Shown here piece after piece: positions 12,495 through 24,817 of a DNA stretch of 64,000 nucleotides; within the stretch, counting starts at the first letter, position 1, and each line of letters starts with the position of its first letter. The DNA comes from Octopus vulgaris (Eukaryota), in contig OX597822.1 of NCBI GenBank assembly GCA_951406725.2, positions 44,392,001 to 44,456,000 of the forward strand, in the 5' to 3' direction. The notes beneath the pieces were generated by a model, which was not told the origin of the DNA, made no database searches, and saw only the letters and a list, made by a program, of their open reading frames with translations. Both the position numbers and the translations under genes were made by a program.

Positions 12495-12900
12495 GTGTGT
12501 GTATGTGTGTGGATGTGTGTGTGTGTGATGGCAATACTTCGTATTTCGTGAAAGACATTTTTTTGCAATTTGTTATTGAGCAAACCTGCACAAATGAATG
12601 TATGCGCTGTATATTACCTCACTCCTTTCTTCAAATAGACGCTGCCTGAACAGGTGCACGGTGTACTATGCGCCAGCTCTCGAAGTAACGAGAGATGAAG
12701 TGTTTTGCTCAAGATCCCAACACACGACTGGGTCCAAGAATTGAAACCACCATGTCGCGATGTGGATTGTCAATAGACACCGATAGAATAAGCACTAAGC
12801 TTGCGAAGAATACGTCCTGGGGTCGATTTGCTCTACTAAATGCGGTTCTCCAGCATGGCCGCAGTCAAATGACTGAAACAAATAAAAAAAATTAAAGAAT

Positions 12901-12911
12901 ATATATGTATG

Positions 12912-12945
<34 letters not shown>

Positions 12946-13157
12946 TGTATGTATGTATGTATGTATGCATGTATGTATGCATGCATGCATGTATGTATGT
13001 ATGTATCTATGTATGTACGTATGTATGTATGTATGTATGCATGCATGTATGTATGTATGTATGTATGTATGCATGCATGTATGTATGTATGTATGTATGT
13101 ATGTATTTATGTATGTATGTATATATATGTATCTATGTATGTATGTATGTATGTATG

Positions 13158-13191
<34 letters not shown>

Positions 13192-13300
13192 TGTATGTAT
13201 GTATGTATGTATCTATGTATGTATGTATATATCTATGTATGTATGTATGTATGTATGTATGTATGTATGTATGTATGTATACATACCGATGTATGTATGT
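12901..13300. repeat. (TATG)n tetranucleotide microsatellite
   Basis: Direct reading. Confidence 0.95.
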
Positions 13301-13399
13301 GAACATAGAAGGCAAATAGTTGCATGTGTGACAATAGAGTCATTTGAAAAAAAAATTTCTAAATTCCATTTCACTTTCACTACAAAGAGCCATCTGAGA

Positions 13400-13590
13400 T
13401 CTAAATTTTCTCGCAGAATGCGATAAGGTATACCTAATCTTGCCATTCTTTCATCTACATTTTCTGACAATTTTATTTCTGCGATGCCTATCTTCCATCC
13501 GATTTCATGGTTTGAGATTTGTTTGGCATACTCCATTACTTTCAGCTTGAATTCCACGTCATAAGAGTTCCATGTTTTATTCTGCAACAT
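13400..13590 (-). pseudogene. pogo/Tigger-like transposase N-terminal HTH fragment
   Basis: MLQNKTWNSYDVEFKLKVMEYAKQISNHEIGWKIGIAE resembles the Brinker/CENP-B-type HTH (SYxxxFKLxVxxYA...N) of pogo transposases. Confidence 0.55.
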
Positions 13591-13748
13591 GATTCTTGGG
13601 ATAGATTGCCAAATAGATAAACTGATGAAAAGCACCGATTATATTTTTTTATTGGTTAACGATGAATGCAATCTTAAACCATAAAGATTAAATGCACCAT
13701 ATTTTTATTGCATCTCAATTGCTATGCTTAATGTTGAATAACCCTACC

Positions 13749-13824
13749 AGCCAATCACAGTAAATTTAAGTCTAACCAGACATCCAATTAATGGTGCGTT
13801 ATTACGTCAGCCAATGGCGGGAAA
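13749..13824. promoter_or_regulatory. Cluster of CCAAT boxes, a CRE-like site and an E2F-like site
   Basis: agCCAATca 13749-13757, CCAAT 13784, TTACGTCA 13802-13809, agCCAAT 13809-13815, TGGCGGGAAA 13815-13824. Confidence 0.35.
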
Positions 13825-14054
13825 GCGTTTTGGAAGCGGTTGAGGCAATACTAAGCATTAATTCGTCAGGTGTTTAGATTACCCGACCACATCAAATATT
13901 GATCCAAAAATGGGCAGTATATGATCAGATTATCAGATTAAATAATACAATGGAGATTTTTTTAAAAATTAAACCGCTAACGTATTTTTTATTTGTTACA
14001 CGATTATTCTTGTAATATATTGCTAACCGCCATTTTCCAGTTTCTAATTCCAGT

Positions 14055-14463
14055 TGTTTTTTCTTTTAATTGTTTCAGTCATTTGACTGGGGCCATACTG
14101 GAGCACCGCCTTTAGTCGAGCAAATCGACACCACGACTTATTCTCTGTAAACCTATCACTTATTCTATCGGTCTCTTTTGCCGAACCGCTAAGTTACGGG
14201 GACGTAAACACATCAGCATCGGTTGTCAAGCAATGTCGAGGTGACAAACACAGACATACAAGCATATACACAGTCACATACATATATATACATATATACG
14301 ACGGGCTTCTTTCTGTTTCTGTCTACCAGATCCACTCACAAGGCTTTGGTCGGCCCGAGGCTAGAGTAGAAGACACTCGCCCAAGGTGCCACGCAATGGG
14401 ACTGAACTAGGAACCATGTGGTTGGCAAGGAAGCTACTTACCAAACAGCCACTCCTACGCCTA
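14055..14463 (-). mobile_element. SINE family C, full length
   Basis: The minus strand reads aggcgtaggagtggctgtttggtaagtagcttcc...ggttcagtccc...ccttgggcgagtgtcttctact...tttacgtccccgtaacttagcggttcggcaaaagagaccgatagaataag...ggcggtgctccagtatggcc...gactgaaacaa. Many other copies occur in the window. Confidence 0.85.
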
Positions 14464-14774
14464 TGTTCGTAAATGGACTTTAAAAGGAGACAAATCAAAA
14501 ACAAGCAAACCTGTTACATGTGATAAATAAACAGCCCTGTTATTTCAGATTTAAGAAAAGAAAATTTTGATCAAAGATACTAGTGTAGGATGCAACATCG
14601 GAATGTTACTTATCAGCTTCTTTCCCTCGGGATTACAGCTATATTTTCTGTAAACTATTTTAGTGAACACTGATAAGTGAGCAAATTTCAAACGTCCGAC
14701 TCTTCTGGCCGCTGTATCATGCCTTATAAGTTGATATGTACGTATAGATAGACAGACAGGAAGATAGATATTAT

Positions 14775-14985
14775 TACTCCTTCCCCCAAAATTGCTGGCA
14801 CAAAGCCAGAAATTTTAGCGGAGGGCGTATTTGATCTACTCCAGGGTTCAACTGATATTTAATCTATCGACCCCGATTTGATGAAAGGCAACGTCGACCT
14901 CGGCGGAATTTGAACTCAGAACGTAAAGACGGACGAAATTCCACAAAGTATTTTGCGGTAACGATTCTGTTGCTTTGCCGCCTTA
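14775..14985 (-). mobile_element. SINE family B, single-unit diverged copy
   Basis: atgaaaggcaacgtcgacctcggcggaatttgaactcagaacgtaaagacggacgaaa matches family B. Confidence 0.75.
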
Positions 14986-15295
14986 ATATCGATATTTATA
15001 TTAAAATTAATATACATACTGCGGCAGCTTGCTTATGGGAATAAATCGTAAATAAATATACACGGCTGCATTTAGTAAACACGCATTTTTGCGTCCATAG
15101 TGAAACATAATCGGCGGTGAAAGAACAAGGCACTCTCTATATACAGGACTAAGAAGAAATGAATTATTAACAGTCAGACATCATTGTGTTGTAAAACTGT
15201 TTACCTTACAGAAAACTTAAATGAATAATTATTAAGCGATCACATGCTGATCTATTCATAAAGTACGTCCACAAAAGCCCAGCCTTAGTAGTTAG

Positions 15296-15620
15296 TTTAT
15301 TACCTCGTTTTCAGTCGTGTTTGTTTGTATATCCGTGGACAAGATGTCTCAAGAGCCGCTGATTGGATTGGGATGTAATTTTCAGGGATGTTTCGCCTCG
15401 TGACTGGAACAAACTGATTAGATTTTGGAATCAATCCGGTACTGGAACGTTTCCTGTTTTTTTTTTTTGAGAGTGGTCGTGTTCATTTTTAATATTCTCA
15501 TTTCTGAGAGCTGTCGTGATTATTTCAAATATTCTTATTTTAAAAATCGTCTCGGGCTAATCGTTGAGAGGACGTTGGCGTTGCCTTGGTGATGGTTTAC
15601 ACCTTCTGAGTTCACTTATT
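15296..15620 (+). mobile_element. Helentron/DINE-like non-autonomous element (degraded)
   Basis: Starts tttattacctc, then gtgtttgtttgt...aagatgtctcaagagcc...gattggattgggatgtaattttcagggatg...gattagattttgg, and ends gccttggtgatggtttacaccttctgagtt. This layout is typical of HINE/DINE-type elements. Confidence 0.5.
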
Positions 15621-15964
15621 AATAATTATTATCAACGAATGTACACAAAGGAATTAAGAATATGAAGTGCCTATCCTCATTGCAGGTGTCGTAAGTACTC
15701 GTCTATTGTTTGTTCTCATGGTTATTTAATTTACAAATCAAGACTTTGGAACAAGAGAAATCACAAGACAAAACGAGAAGGTAGAGGAAAAAAGTGGAAA
15801 GGGAAAAAAACAAAACGGGGAAATAAACTAATCAAAATAAAATGAAAATTAGGGATGTGTCCCCTTTGAACATAAAGACATAATTAAGCTGGTTGTAGAA
15901 TAATTCAATATATTTATACTAGTCAGTGGACAAATGAAACAATGTGGCACTCAAACATATTTAA

Positions 15965-16360
15965 CTAGCAGTATCGCCCGGCGTTGCTCGGATTTGTAAG
16001 GGAAATAACTATATAAGCATTTTTAGAGATGTAAAGTATAATAGCCATCTCAATATGCCTAACCACAAACGGGGGGGGGGTGTTACTGTAGCTTTTTACG
16101 CTCTGAGATTTAATAAATTTTAGAGAGTTACTTCCCTTATATATGCCAAAAATGCATTAAAAATGGGAAAAATTGATGGTAATTTTTTTTTTAAATCGCA
16201 GACTCATCGTAGACGCGCGCTAATAGCCAGAAGGGCTCGATATGAATCACGACTATAAGATACCCGGTTTTGGTTAAACTGCACCGCAAAATGTGGGAGT
16301 AGTTAGGAATCTAAATCGTAGGAGACAGACAGCACACAACCTCTCTTTTATATGTAAAGA
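15965..16360 (-). mobile_element. Non-autonomous Helitron, complete
   Basis: 5' TC (tctttacatataaaagag), 3' hairpin ccgagcaacgccggg plus CTAG, inserted between A and T. Homologous to 48237-48586. Confidence 0.9.
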
Positions 16361-17490
16361 TATGAGAAAAAGGTTTGATTCAGTTCTATACGACTTAGTC
16401 TCACGGGCTACTTACAGGTAGTTAGCTCATGAAGCCCAGTAACTGAAAGACGTGTTTTGAAACACTGCTATATATTTCTATACTCGCTATAACCATTCCC
16501 ATCTTCCTTTCCTTTCTATTTATATGGACTCGCCGATCAATATATGATAGGCTTTATATGTGTATGTATGTATGTATGTATGTATTTATGTATGTATGTA
16601 TGTATGTATGTATGTATGTATGTATGTATGTATGTATGTATGTATGTATGTATGTATATTCCAGCTTTGTTCTTTCAGTCATCGGACAGTGGGCATACGG
16701 AACAGCGTCTTGTTGAAGGTTATTAACTAGTCGAACGAAGCATTTACTCTTTGAAACATGTGCCTTTTTCCATCGGTTTCTTTGCCGATTCGGTAGGTTA
16801 CGATGACGTAAATAAAACAGGCTGTGAAAGGATGGTTGAAACAAATATATTCAAACAGATACGCAGATACGCACACATATTTTCAGACATCTTTGTCCAG
16901 TATCATTTTCATCCTACCTTGGAGGGTGGATATGTAGGATGGACGATGCTGTGCTTGTGCATCTGCGTATATATTTGAAGAAAGGTTTTCTTTAATTATA
17001 AATTCTTTAATGCATTGTAGAAAATATTAAAACTTAGGAACAACGTACATATGCTGCTTTTTCTTTTGAAGTTTTTCATACACACGTATTATATGCAAAG
17101 CTATAAACGTTGAAATGCGCTTGACATAGCGAAAAAAACTTCTTGTCAAAATGTTACGTCATTCGATATTTTTAAAAGTTGTGTTTTGCTCATCGCAGCG
17201 TTATTTTAAGACATTTAAATCATGAAAACCGTTTCGGCCGGCGTTTTCCCGAACCTAAAAACAAATACATGGAAACACCTTGTTCCCAAGAGTAACCACA
17301 CCCGACGACGCCAATCGGCAGGCTGATAACTGAGAGTCGATCATGCGGCTTCTGGCAGTGGAAGCCTGAATTACAGCAGGTTTGTCCAACAGGGAAAGAT
17401 TCCATTTAATTTTGGGTACCACCTCGTATCTCTCTGTCTTTATCTATCTCTCCTCCACTCAAACTCCCTGAATCTATCTATCGATATATG

Positions 17491-17537
<47 letters not shown>

Positions 17538-17618
17538 ATGTATGAATATATATAATATATATATATATATATAAAACATATATATGTATGTATATATGTA
17601 TATATGTGTATATATAAA

Positions 17619-17677
<59 letters not shown>

Positions 17678-17929
17678 ACATACATATACAAGCACACATA
17701 CATACGCATACATACATGTATGCATGTATGCATTTATGTATGTATATAATTCATATACACTACGTGGATGCATCCAACCAATCGAAATGCGATTACATCA
17801 TAGCTGCGCGTACGTTCCTTTTTATGTATATATATATGAATACGTTTGCTCCATGGCAATAGTAATTCTAAAGAGAACAATAAACAACAACAACAACAAT
17901 AATAATAAGAATAATAAAAATCAGAGTAA

Positions 17930-17946
17930 TAAAATTATTATTATTG

Positions 17947-18004
<58 letters not shown>

Positions 18005-18034
18005 TACTATTACTATTATTATTAGTATTATTAC

Positions 18035-18098
<64 letters not shown>

Positions 18099-18152
18099 AT
18101 TATTATTATTATTATTATTATTATTAATATTATTATTATTATTATTATTATT
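17930..18152. repeat. (ATT)n microsatellite
   Basis: Direct reading. Confidence 0.95.
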
Positions 18153-18435
18153 GCCATACTGGTCTTTTCCGCCTCATTGTTCTTTCCTATTTCCTTCCAT
18201 GCATTGAGGCAACTGTCATTGATTACACCAGCCGTCATTCCTTCATTCTTTCCAACTTGTAAGGGTTGATATATTATTCACCGCATTCCTTTATTCCTGT
18301 CATTAAAATGCTAGATTTTTTCTACCTCGTATTTATTACGCCATTACACGTGTAATGGCTTTATCAACTATACGTGTATGAAAACCTAACCAACACATCT
18401 AACAACATATGCATGAGTATGTGACTATGTTTATG

Positions 18436-18482
<47 letters not shown>

Positions 18483-18522
18483 ACATGTATATAATATATA
18501 TACATAAATATATATATGTATG

Positions 18523-18567
<45 letters not shown>

Positions 18568-18607
18568 TGTGTGTGTGTATGTACGTATATATATATATAT
18601 ATATAAG

Positions 18608-18771
18608 TAGGCGCATGAGTGGCTGTGTGGTAAGTAGCTTGTTTCCCAACCAAATTGTTCCGTGTTCAGTCCCACAGTATGGTCCCTTGGGCAAGTGTCT
18701 TCTACTATACCCTCGGGCCGACAAAACCCGTGAGTGGATTTGACAGATGGAAACTGAGAAACGCCCATCGT

Positions 18772-18823
<52 letters not shown>

Positions 18824-19010
18824 GGGGGGGGGGGTGCGTGTGTGTGTCTGTGTTTGTCCCCCATCATCGCTGTTGTTGTGTTTACGTCCCCGTAACTTAG
18901 TAATTCCGCATAAGACACCGATAGAATAAGTACTAGACATAAAATGAATAACTCCTGTGGTCGATTTGTGATGGCATCAGTCAAATGACTGAAACAAATA
19001 AAAGAATAAA
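18608..19010 (+). mobile_element. SINE family C
   Basis: taggcgcatgagtggctgtgtggtaagtagcttg...gttcagtccc...cttgggcaagtgtcttctactata...internal TA/TG repeat...cagtcaaatgactgaaacaaataaaagaa. Confidence 0.85.
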
Positions 19011-19052
19011 AGAATATTATGTAAGTACGTATGTATGTATCTATATGTGTCA

Positions 19053-19098
<46 letters not shown>

Positions 19099-19249
19099 GT
19101 ATACACACGCTTAAAATATAGAAGATTAGTTCGGCTTGCGCTGTTAATTTGAAAAATTATAATATATAATGATGAGACATGTTATCTGTCTCTTAATTAT
19201 ATGTTAATGTTATGACGCGGTCAGTGATGAGAATTACGCCTAGCAAATT

Positions 19250-19460
19250 ATACTCGCACACACAAGAGTTAAGGAATGGTGCAGATAATATCCGAGTTAG
19301 GGGAACCGCAGAAGTGGTAAATATCCAAGCGGGATGTATAGCGCGGGGTACTCTTCAGACCGAGGGTATCTTGATTTTAAATGAATTCTACAATGTTGTG
19401 AGGAGGTACATGTCAACACACAGACGATTCGATCAGAATATCTCCTCCGTTCCATAACTC
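19250..19460 (-). pseudogene. Possible very degraded mariner transposase catalytic fragment
   Basis: The minus frame *HVPPHNIVEFI*NQDTLGLKSTPRYTSRLDIYHF loosely matches HDNAPPH...HPPYSPDLAxxDF. Confidence 0.3.
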
Positions 19461-19674
19461 TCGTATTTTATTCGCATTCCTGTCAGCCCTGCCTGCCTAC
19501 CGTGAATTATAAAACACTTTTTTCAGTTTACCATACTTCGATACAGGAAAAATAGACAACCTTCTTCTTCAATAAAGCATTATTGTTCTTGGAAGTTGTT
19601 TTGTTATAAATATATGTTCTACGCTTTGCTTGAAGCTAACCTTCCAACAATTCGATCCTTGGATCTTACACACG

Positions 19675-19767
<93 letters not shown>

Positions 19768-19944
19768 CAGGTTTTATTATCGAAATTGAACAGAACGTTA
19801 GTCGCTCCACTCCACCTTTGTATCAGTGTACCATTGTGATCTTCAAGCGAAAAGAAATATGATCCTAGACCCGTTATACTTCGACGCGATCTGGTAGAAT
19901 GTCAACGAAATATTTTTGGAATAACTTAAATGAAGTTAATATTA

Positions 19945-20326
19945 CAAGGGTGAGTCAAAAAGTAATATCATTTTGTTTAGGACAGGTATAATTATCTACA
20001 CAGGAACATGTATCATACATCAAAATGAAGCTGGTCCTCTGTGGATCACATCCCTACTCCTCAACATAGTCACCGTTTCTCTCAATAGCAATGTTCCACC
20101 TTCAAATGAGAGTATGTATCCTTGCCCCGTAAAATTCTGTTGACTGTTCTTTGAGCCACATCTTCAATACTATTTTCACTTCCTCGTCACTGGAGTAATG
20201 TTTGCCTCTCTCAAACCCTCATTCATGGGGTCGAACAGATGATAGCCTGAAGGCGCTAAATTATTCCAGTGACAGGTAATTATACCTGTCCTAAACAAAA
20301 TATCATTATTTTTTTACTCACCCTTG
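19945..20326 (-). mobile_element. Mariner internal-deletion derivative (MITE-like) with TIRs and TA target duplication
   Basis: TA|caagggtgagtcaaaaagtaatatcattttgtttaggacaggtataatta ... taattatacctgtcctaaacaaaatatcattatttttttactcacccttg|TA. The interior encodes a mariner C-terminus, HYSSDEEVKIVLKMWLKEQSTEFY...RWNIAIERNGDYVEE*. Confidence 0.9.
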
Positions 20327-20429
20327 TATATACACACAATCAGTTGTTAATTTGGCTACATATATTACAAAATATATGTTTGTATGCTTGTATGTATGTT
20401 TAGTTATGTTTATACCGGAACACGATTGT

Positions 20430-21005
20430 GGTTCTGCAAACTTACTGCATTTATTATATCGTCGACCCCTGGGAAATATGTATGAGAAATATTAATCTGG
20501 GATTGTGGTTACATGGAATTGATTGTGTAGTCCCTTCTTGCGTTATTATACTTCCTGTCTTTTTTGTACTTCTTCCTTCGTTTTTCCTTTTTTTCTCTCT
20601 GCTTCCAATAATCACTCGTTCCTTACTGACGCTGGCAAGGTTTCCTTACTTTCGGCTAGGTATCTCTTTAATCTCTCGAGATCGATTCGTATGCAGTCTT
20701 CCACACTTATCAGTTCTCTTCATGTATAGGCGGTCACTGTGTGTGCGTGGATGATGGGTCCCCTGCATTGCTAGGAGCTTTCTTGACTTCTTGAGCATCT
20801 CCTTTAGCTCCTCCTCGGTCCGCTTCAGGATTCCAGCGCCATGCCGAACTACTGCGACTGCGCGCGAGTTTATTGCCGACATTATGTTTCTGGCATTCAG
20901 CTTTGAAGCTATTATTTTGGTGACTCGCTGCAGATAATTTCCTATTGCCTTTTCTTTTTGTTTGAATCCAACTGCCTCAAGTACTCCCAGATATTTATAG
21001 CTGTA
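20430..21005 (-). pseudogene. R4/Dong-like non-LTR retrotransposon RT thumb fragment, degraded
   Basis: YKYLGVLEA...YLQRVTKIIASKLNARNIMSAINSRAVAVVRHGAGILK...KSRKLLAMQGTHHPRTHSDRLYMKR, homologous to the start of ORF 21819-23036. Confidence 0.8.
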
Positions 21006-21027
21006 TGTACTTAATTATTATTATTAT

Positions 21028-21582
21028 TGAGCGAGAGGGCACTGCATGCCATCAAAGTGACTCTAGGGTAACATATACGAAGCCCAGTATACCCATCATG
21101 ACTACCCTTCTGTTAAGGGTACACCAGGTACATGCATCACAACCATATGTGCACGACATGGTGATCTCATATCAAGATAAACAGCGCATGACCTTGCAGG
21201 TGGGACACAGTTAGAATTTTCTGCGGGTCGAGTAGCCCATTCTGCTCAAAAGGTCCCTGAATAAGGGTTGCTTAAGGATGTTGAACAAAACACCCGTATT
21301 TCCAAAGGTGAATTATCCAAACCCCAGAAAATTCCTCTCAATACATGACTGTGATGCTTCCCCACTACTTCTGTTCCTCGTGATCAGAGATGTTCATATT
21401 GTCAGCCACAAAGGGACATGCTCAACTGATGAAGGTCAAACAACTGACAAGCAAATCTGTGGTATTGAGTAGAATATTTGCTGTAACCTATCACTAATAC
21501 CAATACAAAACAATGTACATAACAATGCCAATCACTTAAGATGAGAAGCCATGAAAGCCACTGTCTGGTACTGCATTAGGGG

Positions 21583-21583
<1 letters not shown>
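21028..21583 (-). mobile_element. ~550-bp non-coding retroelement 3' segment inserted in (TAA)n
   Basis: Reverse-complement homolog of 34645-35176. Both copies lie between (TAA)n arrays and end in ...gcatg(c/a)a(g/c)tgc(c/t)ctctc(g/a)c + (TAA)n. Confidence 0.8.
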
Positions 21584-21640
<57 letters not shown>

Positions 21641-21642
<2 letters not shown>

Positions 21643-23037
21643 TTTTTTTTTCTTCTTTCAAATTTGCTTCCATTTCTTGCCGAGTGTCTTCCCGACTCCT
21701 AGGGCAAAGAAACTCATAGTATACATTGGTAGGCCATTAAACCAAACTCAATAGTTCGTTCATTTAAAAAAAAATTTTTTTTTAAAGTTAAATTAAAATA
21801 CATGAGCAGCAACAGTTCTCACATCGACAATGCTCTTCTCAATACGTGTGATGTACCAGTTAAGACAATCTTTTGCACTTCTTGCAGGGATGGTAAGCCA
21901 GGGATCATTCTCATATAATTTTCGGTTCCCTTCTTGATCATTCCTAGTGCTCCTACGATCACTGGTATTGTAACCGCCTTGAGATGCCACATTTTCTCAA
22001 TTTCAATGAGTAGGTCTTTATATTTTCTGAGCTTGTCAAACTCTTTCGCTGAGATATTATGATCGCAGGGGATGCTCATGTCGATCAATAAGCAAACTTT
22101 ATTGTTTTGGTCTTTCACAACAATATCTGGTTTATTGGCCTTGATGGTTTGGTCTGTATGTACTGGAAAGTCCCATAGAATGGTTACATTTTCTCCTTCA
22201 GTTACAGCCTCAGGGTGGTGATTATACCACTTGTCGGCAGTTTTGATATAGTAATGCCGACTTATTAGCCAGTGTAGATATTGGCCAACTCTGTCATGTC
22301 TTAATTTATACTCCACTGGTGCTAAGACTTTACATCCAGAGATTAGGTGGTCCACTGTTTCAATCATGTCGTTGCAGAATCGGCATTTTGGGTCTGCTCC
22401 ATTTTTCATCACATTGGCCTGGTAGTTCCGGGTTAATAGGCTTTGATCTTGAGCAGCCAGGATGAAACCTTCGCTCTTTGCTTTTAGCCCTGAGCTCCGT
22501 AGCCACTGATGGGTTTGCTTCTGGTCAACATCAGCTTGTTTGCTGCGGGTCACATATTTGCCGTGTAGAGGTTTCTCCTCCCACCTATCAGCCAATTGCT
22601 CGTGCGCTTTTTTCGTTGCCATCATTTTCACCTTCTTTGCAACAATAGTTGCCGTACTTCCCTCGGGTTGTTCAGTTTGGGTATCCTGCACGAGATCAAT
22701 AGCAAATTTTTTGCTTTCCTTTATAATAGAATGAAGCTTCTTTCGTCTCTCGTGATTTTCCACGAGCTTTAGCATCCAGTCATTCGATATTTCGAGATAT
22801 TTGGCCAGTCCAATTGTGGTTGTTTTGTAAGCTAGTTCAAATTGGATCAGGCCTCGACCTCCTTGGGCTCTGGGAAGGTAAAGGCGATCTACGTCTGCCT
22901 TTGGGTGGTGCATCCTATTACAACTCAGCAGCTTGCGTATTTTCCTATCTATATTCTTTACTTCACTCATATTCCAGTTCAACACATTGTAGCTATAAGT
23001 AACAACTGGAACTGCTAAGGAATTTATAGCAAACACC

Positions 23038-23038
<1 letters not shown>
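21641..23038 (-). mobile_element. 5'-truncated R4/Dong-clade RLE non-LTR retrotransposon in (TAA)n
   Basis: Open 405-aa frame plus a ~180-bp 3' UTR ending in an A-run and (TAA)n; (TAA)n also lies at the 5' junction. Confidence 0.92.
21819..23036 (-). CDS. C-terminal part of a retrotransposon ORF: RT thumb, CCHC zinc knuckle, restriction-like endonuclease (5'-truncated, no true start)
   Basis: AINSLAVPVVTYS, DRLYLPRAQGGRGL, AAQDQSL, CRFC...ETVDHLISGC, RHD, KPDIVV...LIDMSIP...K...KY, PVIVGALG. Confidence 0.9.
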   Translation of the reverse strand: MFAINSLAVPVVTYSYNVLNWNMSEVKNIDRKIRKLLSCNRMHHPKADVDRLYLPRAQGGRGLIQFELAYKTTTIGLAKYLEISNDWMLKLVENHERRKKLHSIIKESKKFAIDLVQDTQTEQPEGSTATIVAKKVKMMATKKAHEQLADRWEEKPLHGKYVTRSKQADVDQKQTHQWLRSSGLKAKSEGFILAAQDQSLLTRNYQANVMKNGADPKCRFCNDMIETVDHLISGCKVLAPVEYKLRHDRVGQYLHWLISRHYYIKTADKWYNHHPEAVTEGENVTILWDFPVHTDQTIKANKPDIVVKDQNNKVCLLIDMSIPCDHNISAKEFDKLRKYKDLLIEIEKMWHLKAVTIPVIVGALGMIKKGTENYMRMIPGLPSLQEVQKIVLTGTSHVLRRALSM

Positions 23039-23096
<58 letters not shown>

Positions 23097-23244
23097 GTTA
23101 TTATTTTTATTTTTTTATTATGTTTATTGTGTGTACCAGTCAATTAGTGGGGGGTTGATGTAATCAACTTGCCCTTCCATCAAAATCTACTAGCCAAGTG
23201 CTAAAATTTGAAATTACTACAACTATTACTACTACTACAACTAT

Positions 23245-23297
<53 letters not shown>

Positions 23298-23760
23298 TCG
23301 AAATGAGAAGACATCAATTTTATATTCTTTCCGTTTTTCATTTTCATTTCGCATTACTTTGATGATGATGAAGAGGAGGAGGAAGATATGATGATGATGA
23401 TGATTATGAGGATCATCATCTTCATTATCATCATCACCATCATCATCATCCTCATCTTGGTATTCTCAGTAAAATTTACAATTTGGATCACGATCAATAT
23501 ATTTTCTCTCTAATCTTTCCTTCTCTCTTCTTCTATATTTAAAAAAACAAATATTAAAACAATCTCTTTATGTCTTTTACCAACTTCTGCTGTGGCTATA
23601 TCAGTCATACATTAAACCAACGACACTACCATGCAAAAATAATCGTCTCCTTAACCGTTAATGTGTGATCTTGGTACGATTTCTGTTGTGGTTGCTGTTA
23701 CTGTTTATCTCCCCTTTGTCTTCACTTGTCATTTTTAATAATAATAATAATAATAATAAT

Positions 23761-23996
23761 ATGCAAAATACTCTCTATGTAATCCCAAGGTTTAAAACAA
23801 ACTTTTTTTTATTTTTTATTTATTTATTTATTTATTATTTTTTTATGTATTAGACACTCACTAGTACAAGACCAAAAAAGGGAAGAAAAAAAAACCCAAA
23901 TATATGGCACTGGACTTCCAACCTGTTGTCTCTTGAGGTCTCTGGGTGAGACTTGGAGCCAACTTGTACAGACATAAAGCAAAAGTCAAACATAGA
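23761..23996 (+). mobile_element. Extreme 3' end of an R4/Dong-like element between (AAT)n arrays
   Basis: gcaaaatactctctatgTAA (KILSM*) followed by ...tagacactcactagtacaa...ccaaatatatggcac, matching the stop codon and 3' UTR of 54074-54540. Confidence 0.75.
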
Positions 23997-24340
23997 ATAA
24001 TAATAATAATAATATTGTTGTTAGTTTTGTTATTGTTTTTGTTTGTTGGTTGGTTTGTTCTTCGTGATTGTAGACTTTCATCTTATTAATACTGATGATG
24101 TTGCTGTCGTTGTTGACGATGTCATCGTTGTTGCTATGGATCTCCTTCTTATCACCTTCCTAATGACAACTAGCGCCAACACCGGCGACTTCAACACTAG
24201 TGCTACCACTACCAACACCACTGCCACCACCAACAACAGTAACAACAACACCATTTTTACGAGCAACTCTATTAACTCCTCACTTTCCTTCTTTTTCCTT
24301 GCTTTCACACTTGATTCATTCTTTTTTCTTCATTCTTTCT

Positions 24341-24386
<46 letters not shown>

Positions 24387-24475
24387 CTCCACACACATAT
24401 ATATATATATATTAATATATATATACATTTGTATATATGTATGTATATATATGTGATATATGTGTCGATATATAC

Positions 24476-24530
<55 letters not shown>

Positions 24531-24773
24531 CATATATACACACATATATATACACATACGTAAATCACATACATACATACATACATACATACATACATGT
24601 AAAATATGAAATGATTTTCCCAACAGTGTGGACAGAAACTAAAAGCCAAATAACATTGTGTATGCTAACTCGTTGGGGTTAATTTGATTAACCGTTATTA
24701 ACATTGAAAAACCTACGGTTATTCTTACACACTTCCTGCATATGTGTGCATATATGCATGTACCTGTATCGAT

Positions 24774-24817
<44 letters not shown>

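Noticed and set aside
21426-21460. CTGATGA occurrences at 13622, 21426 and 38127
   Set aside because: No stem II/GAAA/stem I arrangement follows, so these are chance matches.
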